This document shows positions 54,959-64,000 of a stretch of DNA of 64,000 bases, one piece after another. The notes under the pieces were generated by a model. The model was not told the origin of the DNA. It did not search any database and worked only from the letters and a program-made list of their open reading frames with translations. Origin of the DNA: Spirochaetia bacterium (GTDB lineage: Bacteria > Spirochaetota > Spirochaetia > SZUA-6 > Bin103). Location: the NCBI GenBank assembly GCA_965198005.1, contig CBDAOI010000002.1:672001-736000 (forward strand), in the 5' to 3' direction. A program made the position numbers and the translations under genes. Numbering within the stretch: the stretch's first letter is position 1; each line of letters opens with the position of its first letter.

Positions 54959-56167
54959 ATGACGGAAGGCAACTTTCGCAGCCGCGACAACTGGGTCAGG
55001 CGCCGGCTCGACGTGGAGGGGCTGCTCGCGCGCCGGTCGGTGTTCCTGTTCGGACCGCGGCAGACCGGCAAGACGACCTACGTCCGCCGGCAACTCGGGG
55101 ACGCGGTAGCGCTGACGTTCACTTTGCTCGACCGCGGGCTGCTCACCGCGGTGCTGGCCGATCCGACGCGCGTCAGACGCGAGGTGGAGGCGCGCGGCCT
55201 GCGCGACACCGTGGTCTGCATCGACGAAATCCAGAAGTGCCCGGCGCTGATCGACGAGGTGCAACTGATGATCGAGACGCGCGGCATACGGTTCCTGCTT
55301 ACCGGATCGAGCGCGCGCGCCCTGCGGCGCAAGGGGGTCAATCTGCTCGGCGGACGTGGCAGCGACCGGGTGATACACCCATTCTCGTGGTGCGAGCTGC
55401 GGGCGGGAGGACGATTCTCGCTGGACCGCGCCATCAATCACGGTCTGCTGCCGCCGCACTACCTGTCCGACGACCCGGACGAGGAGTTGGCCTCCTACGT
55501 GGACCGCTACCTGACGGAGGAGGTCGCCGCCGAGGGGCTGACGCGCAACCTGCCCGGCTTCGCCCGCTTTCTGCAGACCGCAGCCGCCACCAATGCCCAG
55601 CTTCTCAACTACTCCAACATTGCCCGCGACGCGCAACTCCCGCGCCAGACCGTGGTCCAGTGGTACAAGGTTCTGGCCGACACGCTGATCGCGGTCGAGC
55701 TCCTGCCATTCACGCGCACCGTCAAGCGCAAGGCAATCGAGACCGCGAAACTCTACTTCTTCGACACCGGCGTCGTGCGCGCGTTGCGGCGGCTGCCGCC
55801 GGTCCACGAGGCGTCAGCAGACTTCGGCGAGTTCTTCGAGCACTACGTGCTGCACGAGCTGCGCACCTGGATCGACTACCGCCGCCCCCGCACGCCGCTC
55901 GCCTTCTGGCGTTCCCGCTCCGGTTACGAAGTCGACTTCATCCTGGACGGGCGGGTGGCAATCGAGGCCAAGGCTGCCCGCAGGATCCACGCCAAGCACC
56001 TGCGCGGGCTGCACGCACTGGCGGAGGAGGGGCTGATCGAGCGCTGCATCGTGGTCTGCCGCGAGGAGCGGCCGCGCATCGAGCCCGGTCCCGCGCGCCA
56101 AGTCGAGATCTGGCCGCTGGAGTTCTTTCTGGCCATGCTCTGGCAGGATGAGCTGGCAAGTGTGTAG
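54959..56167 (+). CDS. AAA_14 ATPase with DUF4143 / PD-(D/E)XK C-terminus
   Basis: GPRQTGKT, IDEIQK, LTGSS, KLYFFDTG, EVDF...IEAK. Confidence 0.88.
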   Translation: MTEGNFRSRDNWVRRRLDVEGLLARRSVFLFGPRQTGKTTYVRRQLGDAVALTFTLLDRGLLTAVLADPTRVRREVEARGLRDTVVCIDEIQKCPALIDEVQLMIETRGIRFLLTGSSARALRRKGVNLLGGRGSDRVIHPFSWCELRAGGRFSLDRAINHGLLPPHYLSDDPDEELASYVDRYLTEEVAAEGLTRNLPGFARFLQTAAATNAQLLNYSNIARDAQLPRQTVVQWYKVLADTLIAVELLPFTRTVKRKAIETAKLYFFDTGVVRALRRLPPVHEASADFGEFFEHYVLHELRTWIDYRRPRTPLAFWRSRSGYEVDFILDGRVAIEAKAARRIHAKHLRGLHALAEEGLIERCIVVCREERPRIEPGPARQVEIWPLEFFLAMLWQDELASV

Positions 56168-56501
56168 GCTTGCGCCACGGCTTGCGCCAATCTTGCGCCA
56201 CGGCTTGCTGTGGTGCCCTGGGGACCGCGCTCTGTGGATGCGCGCGGAGGTGATTCGCCCGATCGAGCGGGAATTCGCCATGGTCGACGATCTCGAGGCC
56301 GCTCTGCGTGCGGTGCCCGCCCGATCAGATTTCACGGTCGCAGTCGTTGAGCACCTGCATCGCCTCGTCTCCCATCGCCAGGGCGTAGATCCCGCGCCGG
56401 CTGCGGCATCCGGCCCCGCGGCGGCTGCTTGACTGCGCGGATATTGTGCGCCACGCTGCTCCTGCACGAAGGACTGGCGCTACCTGGAGGAAGGTGGAAC
56501 G

Positions 56502-57077
56502 ATGAATGCGACGCGGATCGCAGGGCTGGCCGCCACGCTGATCTGTCTGGTTGTCGTCGCGGCGAATGCTCAAGGAGGAGGCGCGCCGCGTTGGGTGCAC
56601 GACTGGGGCACCATCGCGGCCGTAGTTGCTGCCGGGGTTGCGGTCTTTGGATTGCAACTGAGTGCACGCAAGGAAGCGCGGGAGGCGCGTAGGGAGGACC
56701 GCGAGGAAGCGCGGGAGGCGCGTAGGGAGGACCGCGAGGAAGCGCGACGAGCGCATGACCGGATCGGCAGCAACCTCAATAGGCTGGACGCCAAGATCGA
56801 AAAGCAGGACGCCAAGATCGAAAAGCTGGACACCAAGGTTGACGACCTGCGCACCGACGTGACCGCCAGGATTGACGACCTGCGCACCGACGTGACCGCC
56901 AGGATTGATGGCTTGCGCACGGACATGACCGCCAAGGTTGATGGCTTGACCCGACAAGTGGCTGGCGTCGACAAGCGCTTGGCTGTCGTAGAGATCAGGT
57001 TGGAGCACGTAGAAGATACGTTGGGGAAGATGGACGGACAGACTGAACGGCAGGAAGACCCGGCAGTTGCAGGATGA
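56502..57077 (+). CDS. membrane-anchored coiled-coil protein with tandem repeats
   Basis: Signal/TM segments, then repeats EAREARREDRE x2, DAKIEK x2 and DDLRTDVTARI x3. Confidence 0.7.
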   Translation: MNATRIAGLAATLICLVVVAANAQGGGAPRWVHDWGTIAAVVAAGVAVFGLQLSARKEAREARREDREEAREARREDREEARRAHDRIGSNLNRLDAKIEKQDAKIEKLDTKVDDLRTDVTARIDDLRTDVTARIDGLRTDMTAKVDGLTRQVAGVDKRLAVVEIRLEHVEDTLGKMDGQTERQEDPAVAG

Positions 57078-57693
57078 AGCGCCACGACGACAGTCAGCGC
57101 AGTGGCCGGTTGGCGGTGACGCAGCGCGATGAGCGCGTTGGGTCGCGCTTGACACGGATTTGGGCGGCCGCGTACACTCGTCCGCGAATGGGCACTGACA
57201 GCATCCAGCCCGACTACCGACTACCGACTACCGCTAGCCGCGCAGCAGCCGACCTCGCGGCGCCGGTGCTGACCGCGGCACCATTGATGCGTGTGGCGCA
57301 CAGCCGCCACGCATCTGTGCGTCCAACGGCTGACCGCGTCGGCCGCAAACTTCACCGGTCCACACCAGCCGGCGTTGCCGGCTCCTCTATACAGACAACC
57401 GACGCATCTGTGCCCGACCAGAGTTGTCGACGACAGATGCGCGCTAGCCGCGGCACCGGCTGGTCCGATGGCCGAGCCACCGTCCTGTCAAGGCACCCAA
57501 TAGCTCAAGAAAGGGGGTGCAAAATGACACTCAAAGAGCCGTAGGCGCGCGCGGGGTGAGCCCGGGTGAACCCGGTGAGTCACACGCCGCGCGCTTTCCG
57601 TGTATTTGACTCAAACTGGCCGTCCGCGTTGCGGGCCCGAGAGTAGCCAGGGAGCGGCAAGTCGCTCCGCAATACTCTCAAAAAGACAAATCT

Positions 57694-59499
57694 ATGGAGA
57701 ATACCATGAACTATATGGCAAGCATTACGAGGATCTTCGCGGTTGCGTTGGTCCTCGTCCTGACCGCAACCGGCGTCTGGGCCGCCGGCGCAGAAGAGGC
57801 ACCGGCAGCCGCTGCCGACAAGAAGTATGTGACCGACCCCTCCACCGGCAAGGTGGTGAGCGCGCCGGAGTATGGCGGGACATTCGCCCATGCCGTAAGG
57901 AACGAGCCTTCGAGTATTGCCGACACCTGGTTCCAGCCCGCGGCGGCGGTTGTCGTCGCTGCTGTTGCAGAGAGGCTGGGCGTTCCGGACTGGGCAGTAG
58001 ACAGGGACGAATATGCCCACACATCAGAGATCACGCTGGCAACTCCCCTAAGAGGGGAGCTGGCTGAAAGCTGGGAGATTTCCCCGGACGGCCTCACCTA
58101 CACCTTCCATATCCGCAAGGGGGTTCGCTGGCATAACAAGCCACCGATGAACGGTCGGGAGCTGACTGCCGATGATATCGTGTATAACTTTCATCGGGTG
58201 ATGGGTATGGGCAGCGGCTTCACCGAACCTTCCCCCACTGGCTTTACCAGGAATCTGCCATTCGAATCGATAGCGGCCACCGACAACTCGACGGTTGTTA
58301 TGAAGCTCGAGGAGCCAAGCCTCGACGCGCTGAACTTTATCACCACCGATTTTACCGGCAGCATATTACCCCCCGAGGTAATCGAGCAATTCGGCGACGT
58401 CAAGGATTGGAGGAACCTGGTCGGCACTGGACCCTATATGCTGACTGACTGGGTCGAGGGCAGCTCGATAACCTATGAAAAGAATCCTGACTACTGGGGC
58501 TTCGACGAAAAATACCCGGAAAACCGATTGCCCTATACTGACATGATAAGGACCCTGGTCATGCCTGAAGAGTCGACATTTGTGGCGGCGTTACGCACGC
58601 GTCGGCTTGATTTCACGGGTGTCCTCAGCGGATCTTCAATAACGTCACTCGACAAGGCAGAGAGCCTCCGGCGCACCAACCCTGAAATCGTGCAGTGGCC
58701 CCATCTCAATCGGTCGGACAATTCTCATGTGTTTGATGTGGCCCAGCCGCCTTTTGACGACCTGAGGGTGCGCACGGCGATGCAGATGGCACTGGACCTG
58801 GATACAATCAACAATACGTACTTCAAGGGTTTAGCAGTCTCGACACCTTACGGATTGTTAAGGGTCCCTGGGTATCACATCCCATTTGCAGAGTGGCCCG
58901 AAGAGGTCAAGAAGGGCTACATGTATGACCCGGAAGGTGCCGAGAAGCTCCTTGATGAGGCTGGATACCCGCGCGGTTCGGACGGAATCAGGTTTAAAAC
59001 GACCGTCAATCACTACGTATCGTTCGACCTCAACTATCAACAAATAACCGCTGAGTACTGGCGTGAAATCGGCGTTGATGTAGAGTTTGACGTAGCGGAC
59101 GGTCCTACGCTTGCCGCTCGTAGAAAGGACCATACTTTTGAAGGTATGATCACTTTGATTGCGGCTCTCACCTGGTCGCCGACCGCAGCGCTACGCTTCT
59201 GGTACTCGGAAGGAGGATGGACCGAAGACAACATCAATGACCCGGATTATGACGCCATGTACGACGCCGCCGCAGCCGCTGCCACCCCCGAGGAGCTGCA
59301 GAAGCTGGCTATAGAGCTGGATATGTACGAGATCGAGAGGCACTGGCATTTATGGGGTCCTATGGTCCCTCAGTTTATCGCGCACCAGCCGTGGGTCATG
59401 GGTTATAACGGTGAAGTCGATCTGGGGAGGATCAGTCAGCGCGTGATCTACGCCCGCCTCTGGATTGATAGTGAGCTGAAGGAAGAGATGGGTCATTAG
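57694..59499 (+). CDS. ABC solute-binding protein family 5 (peptide/nickel)
   Basis: Paralog of 51856-53706 with the same motifs (LAESWE, LVGTGP, PFDDLRVR, RLWIDSELKEEMGH). Confidence 0.92.
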   Translation: MENTMNYMASITRIFAVALVLVLTATGVWAAGAEEAPAAAADKKYVTDPSTGKVVSAPEYGGTFAHAVRNEPSSIADTWFQPAAAVVVAAVAERLGVPDWAVDRDEYAHTSEITLATPLRGELAESWEISPDGLTYTFHIRKGVRWHNKPPMNGRELTADDIVYNFHRVMGMGSGFTEPSPTGFTRNLPFESIAATDNSTVVMKLEEPSLDALNFITTDFTGSILPPEVIEQFGDVKDWRNLVGTGPYMLTDWVEGSSITYEKNPDYWGFDEKYPENRLPYTDMIRTLVMPEESTFVAALRTRRLDFTGVLSGSSITSLDKAESLRRTNPEIVQWPHLNRSDNSHVFDVAQPPFDDLRVRTAMQMALDLDTINNTYFKGLAVSTPYGLLRVPGYHIPFAEWPEEVKKGYMYDPEGAEKLLDEAGYPRGSDGIRFKTTVNHYVSFDLNYQQITAEYWREIGVDVEFDVADGPTLAARRKDHTFEGMITLIAALTWSPTAALRFWYSEGGWTEDNINDPDYDAMYDAAAAAATPEELQKLAIELDMYEIERHWHLWGPMVPQFIAHQPWVMGYNGEVDLGRISQRVIYARLWIDSELKEEMGH

Positions 59500-59504
59500 T
59501 AGCT

Positions 59505-59532
59505 GAGCCGGGAGGCTCAAGCCTCCCGGCTC
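59505..59532. terminator. intergenic hairpin
   Basis: GAGCCGGGAGGCT-CA-AGCCTCCCGGCTC. Confidence 0.6.
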
Positions 59533-59555
59533 CCATCACCAAAACGAGGGATTTC

Positions 59556-60512
59556 CTGAGAGCCTATATCATCAGGCGAATATTGCTGATGATCCCCACC
59601 CTGTTCCTATTGACCATCGTGGTCTTTCTCTCGGTGCGCTTCATCCCCGGCGATGTCATCGACGTCATGGTGGGCCGCATGGACCAGTCCGCTACAAATA
59701 TAGACCGGGAAGCGCTCGAGCATCTGCTCGGATTGGACGTGCCGGTCTGGGTGCAATATGGAAGGTGGTTGGGAGGTGTTTTCCTGCACGGCAGCCTTGG
59801 TGAATCACTGATGGGCCGTGGGGCGGTAGAGGAGCGGATAGTCGCAAGGCTGCCGGTCACCCTCGAGCTGGGTGTCCTCGCAATCCTCATCGGCCTGGTG
59901 ATCGCGATGCCCGTTGGCATTTACTCCGCCGTTCGCCAGGATACCGCCGCCGACTTCCTGGGGCGGTCGGTCGCCATCATCGGCCTGGCCACGCCGAACT
60001 TCTGGCTGGCACTTATGGTCATCATCTACCCGGCCATCTGGTTCGGCTGGGCGCCACCGACGGAGCTGGTTTCCTTCACCGAAGACCCGCTGGGGAATCT
60101 GGCGGTGTTCATTATTCCCAGCCTGATTCTGGGGACCGCCTCGGCGGCCGCCACCATGCGGATGACGCGCACCATGATGCTCGAGGTGCTGAGGCAGGAC
60201 TATATCCGCACCGCCTGGTCCAAGGGGCTCAAGGAACGGGCCGTGGTGATCCGACACGCCGTCAAGAATGCCCTCATCCCGGTGGTGTCCCTGATCGGCC
60301 TGCAGTTGCCGATCCTGGTGGGTGGCGCCGTGATCATGGAGAACATCTTCAACCTGCCGGGGCTCGGGCGTCTCATGCTGATCGCCCTCAACGAGAGAGA
60401 CTACCCGATGGTCTCCGGAATAAACCTGTTTTTCGCCACGGCGGTTGCGGTATTCAATCTCATTACTGACCTGATCTATGCTTTCTTGGACCCCAGGGTC
60501 CGGTATGAATAA
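59556..60512 (+). CDS. peptide ABC permease (DppB-like), probable CTG start
   Basis: CTG-RAYIIRRILLMIPTL in frame behind GAGGG; DYIRTAWSKGL, RDYP, LDPRVR. Confidence 0.9.
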   Translation: MRAYIIRRILLMIPTLFLLTIVVFLSVRFIPGDVIDVMVGRMDQSATNIDREALEHLLGLDVPVWVQYGRWLGGVFLHGSLGESLMGRGAVEERIVARLPVTLELGVLAILIGLVIAMPVGIYSAVRQDTAADFLGRSVAIIGLATPNFWLALMVIIYPAIWFGWAPPTELVSFTEDPLGNLAVFIIPSLILGTASAAATMRMTRTMMLEVLRQDYIRTAWSKGLKERAVVIRHAVKNALIPVVSLIGLQLPILVGGAVIMENIFNLPGLGRLMLIALNERDYPMVSGINLFFATAVAVFNLITDLIYAFLDPRVRYE

Positions 60513-60527
60513 AGGAAAATAACGAGT

Positions 60528-61505
60528 ATGAGTGACGCCGTAGGGATACCGTCAGCAGTAAGTGAGCCAAAAAGACGTAGCGGGCTGGCTGACTTCTTCA
60601 CCAGGATGGTCAAGGAGAAGCCAACGGGTACTGTCGGCGGGATTATCATATTGCTCTTGTTTTTTGTCGGGATCTTTGCCGATGTTCTGGCCCCTTATCC
60701 ATTTTCTGAAATACACCTGGCGGACAGGCTGCAGGGCTCATCAGCCCGGTATCTGCTCGGTACCGACCAGCTAGGGCGAGACCTCTTGACCCGCCTTATC
60801 TTCGGGGCTCGTATTTCGTTAACAGTGGGTCTGGCAGCGACCACTGTCAATGTCCTGGTGGCTGTCCTGATAGGTGGCATTTCGGGATTCTTTGGCGGAA
60901 AATTGGACCTAGCTGTGCAGAGATTTGTAGACGCCTGGATGTCTTTCCCGGGATTGCTCCTGTTGTTAACCATAATGTCCCTGGTGGGGCAGGGTCTGCC
61001 GCAGATAATAGTGGTACTGGGGATAACCGGAGGAATCGGCGGCTCAAGAGTAGTCCGAGGCGCTGTTATTGGTGTAAAAGAGAATGTGTATTTTCAGACG
61101 GCGGAGGTGATTGGCTGTACAAAACGGAGAACACTTATCAGACATGTCCTGCCCAATATCATGCCTGTCGTAATCATCCTATTCAGCATCAACATCGGGG
61201 GGGTGATTATCAGTGAGGCGTCCTTAAGCTTCCTCGGATTCGGACTACCAGCGGACGTTCCTAGCTGGGGAGGCATGCTTAGCCGGGAAGGGCGCGAGTT
61301 CATGGAGATGGCGCCACGGTTGGCTCTCTGGCCTGGCCTGGCCCTGACTATTACCGTTTACAGTCTGAACATGTTCGGTGACGCTATGAGGGACCTGCTG
61401 GATCCGAGGTTGCGTGGCGCAAGCGGAGTCAGGGGTGGTGTGGGTCGGCTCGGTGCTGATCCGTCAAAGAGAGCCATCAAGAAACAAGTAGCCGACGCAC
61501 GCTAG
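60528..61505 (+). CDS. peptide ABC permease (DppC-like)
   Basis: LGTDQLGRD, RHVLPN, EASLSFLGFG, PSWGGML, GDAMRDLLDPR. Confidence 0.92.
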   Translation: MSDAVGIPSAVSEPKRRSGLADFFTRMVKEKPTGTVGGIIILLLFFVGIFADVLAPYPFSEIHLADRLQGSSARYLLGTDQLGRDLLTRLIFGARISLTVGLAATTVNVLVAVLIGGISGFFGGKLDLAVQRFVDAWMSFPGLLLLLTIMSLVGQGLPQIIVVLGITGGIGGSRVVRGAVIGVKENVYFQTAEVIGCTKRRTLIRHVLPNIMPVVIILFSINIGGVIISEASLSFLGFGLPADVPSWGGMLSREGREFMEMAPRLALWPGLALTITVYSLNMFGDAMRDLLDPRLRGASGVRGGVGRLGADPSKRAIKKQVADAR

Positions 61506-61604
61506 GGCAGGAGACCACGCGCTGGCAATCTTCAGCTTCGCCACCGCCCCGCCGACCCGTGGGTGCGCGCAAACGAGGTTCGCGCGGCGGACCGGGAGCC
61601 CGCT

Positions 61605-61680
61605 AGCTCCTAAGAAACAACAGTTTCTTACATGACCACGCCGGGCCCCGCCCGGTGGGAAGCTCCTAAGAAACAACAGT
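61605..61680 (+). repeat. 20-bp direct repeat at the IS110 end
   Basis: AGCTCCTAAGAAACAACAGT at 61605 and 61661. Confidence 0.75.
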
Positions 61681-61692
61681 CAGGCACGACAG

Positions 61693-61930
61693 TCAGGCAG
61701 CCTCCGGGACAAGCACATAACCGAGGGCCCGAGCTTGGTTGCGGACGCGGCGTTCGAGGCGTCGCAGGTCTTGGCGTTCCTGGGCGGCGAGGATGCTGTC
61801 GTCGTACGCAACGCGATGGGTAACGAGATGGTAGATGATGCGCGCCAGTTTGTGGGCAGTCGCCGTGATCGCCTCGGGAGTACCCAGGCGCGCGCGCATC
61901 CGGCGGAAGTACTGGCCGAGGGACGAGGGG
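61693..61930 (-). mobile_element. IS110-family transposase C-terminal remnant
   Basis: SSLGQYFRRMRARLGTPEAITATAHKLARIIYHLV...ARALGYVLVP. Confidence 0.8.
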
Positions 61931-61934
61931 CTGC

Positions 61935-62190
61935 GGTACAAGTGGGAAAACGCGGCACCGTGGTAATTCCTGCGAAGCTGCGCCGCGAATACGGGATCGA
62001 GGAAGGGGCGTTCGTGATCACCGAGCCGCGCGAAGGTGGCGTGCTGATCCGTCCCGCGGTAGCCCTGCCGGTCGAGAACTACTCCGACGAGCGCAAGGCG
62101 GAGTTCCTGCTGACGAACGCCGTGGACGAGCAGGACTACGCCTGGGCGCGGGAGCAGGTGCGCAAGCTCGGTCTCGATCCGGACCACGTG
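61935..62190 (+). pseudogene. AbrB/MazE/SpoVT-family antitoxin, clipped at both ends
   Basis: VQVGKRGTVVIPAKLRREYGIEEG...GVLIRP...ERKAEFLLTNA. Confidence 0.75.
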
Positions 62191-63106
62191 GAAACCGGCA
62201 GTGATAGTGACCCCCCCTCGGCGTTTTTAGGGACCCCGGGGTCGGCATTCAAAGGGACCCCAGGTCGGCACTGAAAGGACCCCCCTCCTCGGCATCGAAA
62301 AGGACCCCCCTCATGATGCACGGTTGGTGCGTGCACACAACGAACTACGTGAGGAGGGTCAGAATGGCCAGGAGGACATCGACGATGGAACTACAGGATA
62401 TCGTCCGACGACTGAGAATGGGGCAGTCGATCAAGGCGATCAAGCGTGAGACCGGCAAGCACCGGCGCGTGATCCGCAGGCTGCTGCTGCTCGCCGAGCA
62501 GGAGGGGTGGCTGGATGAGCAGCATGAGGTGCCGTCCGAGCAGCAACTGCAGGAGGTGTACCACGAACAGCGGAGCGGCGAGGAAGGCCGCCGGCATCCG
62601 CTCGACTCGCACCGTGAGCAGATCGAGGGGTGGCGCGAGGAAGGCTACAGCTTCCTGGTGATCCACAAGTTGCTCGAAAAGCGGGGGGTGGAATACTCGG
62701 AGACCACGGTGCGCCGCTACATCCATCGCCACTTTCCGAAGGCGGTGCGACCGGTGATGCGGCGCGAGACGACCGCTGGCGAGGTGATGGAGGTGGACTT
62801 CGGATACCTGGGGCTCACCTGGCACACGACCACGCGCTCGCGGCGGCGCACCTGGGTGTTCTCGGGCCGGCTACGGCACTCCCGCCGCGCCTACCGTGAA
62901 GTGGTCTTCGATCAGAAGCAGCAGACCTTCTTCGCTTGCCACATCCACGCCTTCGAGTGGTTCGGCGGCGTGTCCGAGAAGGCGACCCCGGACAATCTGA
63001 AGGCGGCCATCATCGTCGCTTCCTTCGAGGACCCGGTGGTGAACCGCGCCTATCGCGAGTTGGCGCTGCACTACGGGTTCCTGATTTCGCCCTGTCTGCC
63101 TTACCT
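62189..63106 (+). mobile_element. istA: IS21-family element (left-end repeats plus truncated istA from ATG 62364)
   Basis: Five CGGC-N7-8-GACCCC repeats at 62196-62310; IstA SIKAIKRETG, EVDFG, HSRRAY, DNLKAAI, HYGF...PC.P, then interrupted. Confidence 0.88.
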
Positions 63107-63266
63107 CATGAGCCAGCCCAGCGGGCCAGCAATTCTCGGTGAACAAAAATTGAGAGGGTCGGCGTAGGGGGCAATGGCGGGCGGGACGGCACGGGACGGC
63201 ACGTAAGTGGTCGTATAGGTCATGAGTATGTAATAACTCGATCCCAGGGTGGTCATGCTGTCTCCT

Positions 63267-64000
63267 ATGGCAAGAGGTCGCCGCAGAGGTCCATTATTAC
63301 TTCGTTTTCGTGCGCTCCTGGTCTCCTTGAACCTGCACGCCGCCAAGGTCGTCGATACCCGCCAAGCCAGCAAGGTCCGGTACTCCCTACAGGATTGCTA
63401 CGTGTGTGGTTTCGCCTTGTTCTACCTCCAAGACCCTTCCGTGCTGGAGTTCCAACGCCGCTTCCAGGACGAACTGCGCACCAACAACCTCAACTCTACG
63501 TTTGGCGTCGCTCAGATCCCTGCCGACTCCCAGTTCCGCGATCTGCTCGACAGCCATGACTATGAACCGCTGCTCGACTGCTTCGGCGACTGGATAGGGC
63601 GCATGCAGGACGCCAAATGGCTGCAGCACTACCAGTTCCTCGACGGTCGCTATCTCATCACCATGGACGGCTCCCAGTACTTCAGCTCGTACCAGGTGAA
63701 CTGTGAGTGCTGTCTGACCGCCACCAACAACGGCACCGTACGCTACCACCACGACATCCTGCAGACCGCCATCGTCCACCCCGACAAGCGGCAGGTGCTG
63801 CCGTTGGCTCCCGGGTTCATTCACAACGCCGATGACTCTGGCGCCAAGAATGCCAAACGCCGCAAGCAGGACTGTGAAATAAAAGCCGGCTACCGTGCCT
63901 TGCAGCGCATCCGTAACGACCATCCCCGGCTGGCTGCGGTGATCGTCGCCGATAGTCTGTACTCCAAGCAACCGTTCATCGAACAGGTGCGCGCCGCCCG
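63267..64000 (+). mobile_element. DDE transposase (ISNCY/IS4-like), runs off the window
   Basis: Manual translation: DTRQASKVRYSLQD...QDPSVLEFQR...QIPADSQFRDLLD...ITMDGSQYFSS...CECCL...KQDCEIKAG...ADSLYS. Confidence 0.8.

Noticed and set aside
56167-56210. GGCTTGCGCCAC-like tandem repeat as a regulatory array
   Set aside because: Only 3-4 degenerate 11-12-bp units with no supporting context; probably slippage.
62189-62312. Five spaced CGGC...GACCCC repeats resembling a mini CRISPR array
   Set aside because: The period is only ~22-23 bp with no real spacers or cas genes, and they directly precede istA, so they are IS21 terminal repeats.

Overview
High-GC bacterial window. The 'xAGAEEAPAAA' solute-binding-protein signal style suggests a Spirochaetaceae-like organism (inference only). 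Left to right: (1) a BREX-related DUF499 ATPase / DUF1156 methyltransferase defence locus running off the left edge, with a 3-gene insert ending in an MBL-fold hydrolase; (2) IS3, LytTR and RelE debris and a SLATT-like 2-TM gene; (3) rtcB plus an RHH-PIN toxin-antitoxin pair bracketed by a duplicated rtcB 3' end; (4) a YtrA/GntR ABC operon with a perfect operator palindrome, then a heterodimeric ABC exporter; (5) a 7-kb AT-richer island flanked by a ~410-bp duplication of the exporter 3' end, carrying a tightly coupled five-gene operon (SIS-HAD fusion, PRTase-like protein, P-loop NTPase, Rossmann-like protein, Zn-ribbon PfkB kinase), a candidate undescribed nucleotide/sugar-phosphate conflict system; (6) a terpenoid cluster (membrane LytTR, HMG-CoA synthase, IDI-2::squalene synthase fusion, MpaB/Lcp-type oxygenase, MMPL exporter) with shared 21-bp-spaced promoter repeats, a candidate novel cleaved-squalene pathway; (7) a type III R-M locus with a destroyed mod, an intact OLD-like ATPase-TOPRIM gene and an intact res; (8) gltBD; (9) two paralogous peptide ABC cassettes around a TA pair, an AAA-DUF4143 ATPase and a repeat coiled-coil gene; (10) nested IS110/IS21/ISNCY remnants. 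Many genes carry clean internal deletions. No rRNA, tRNA or CRISPR array was recognised. All family assignments come from motifs read by eye, not from database searches.
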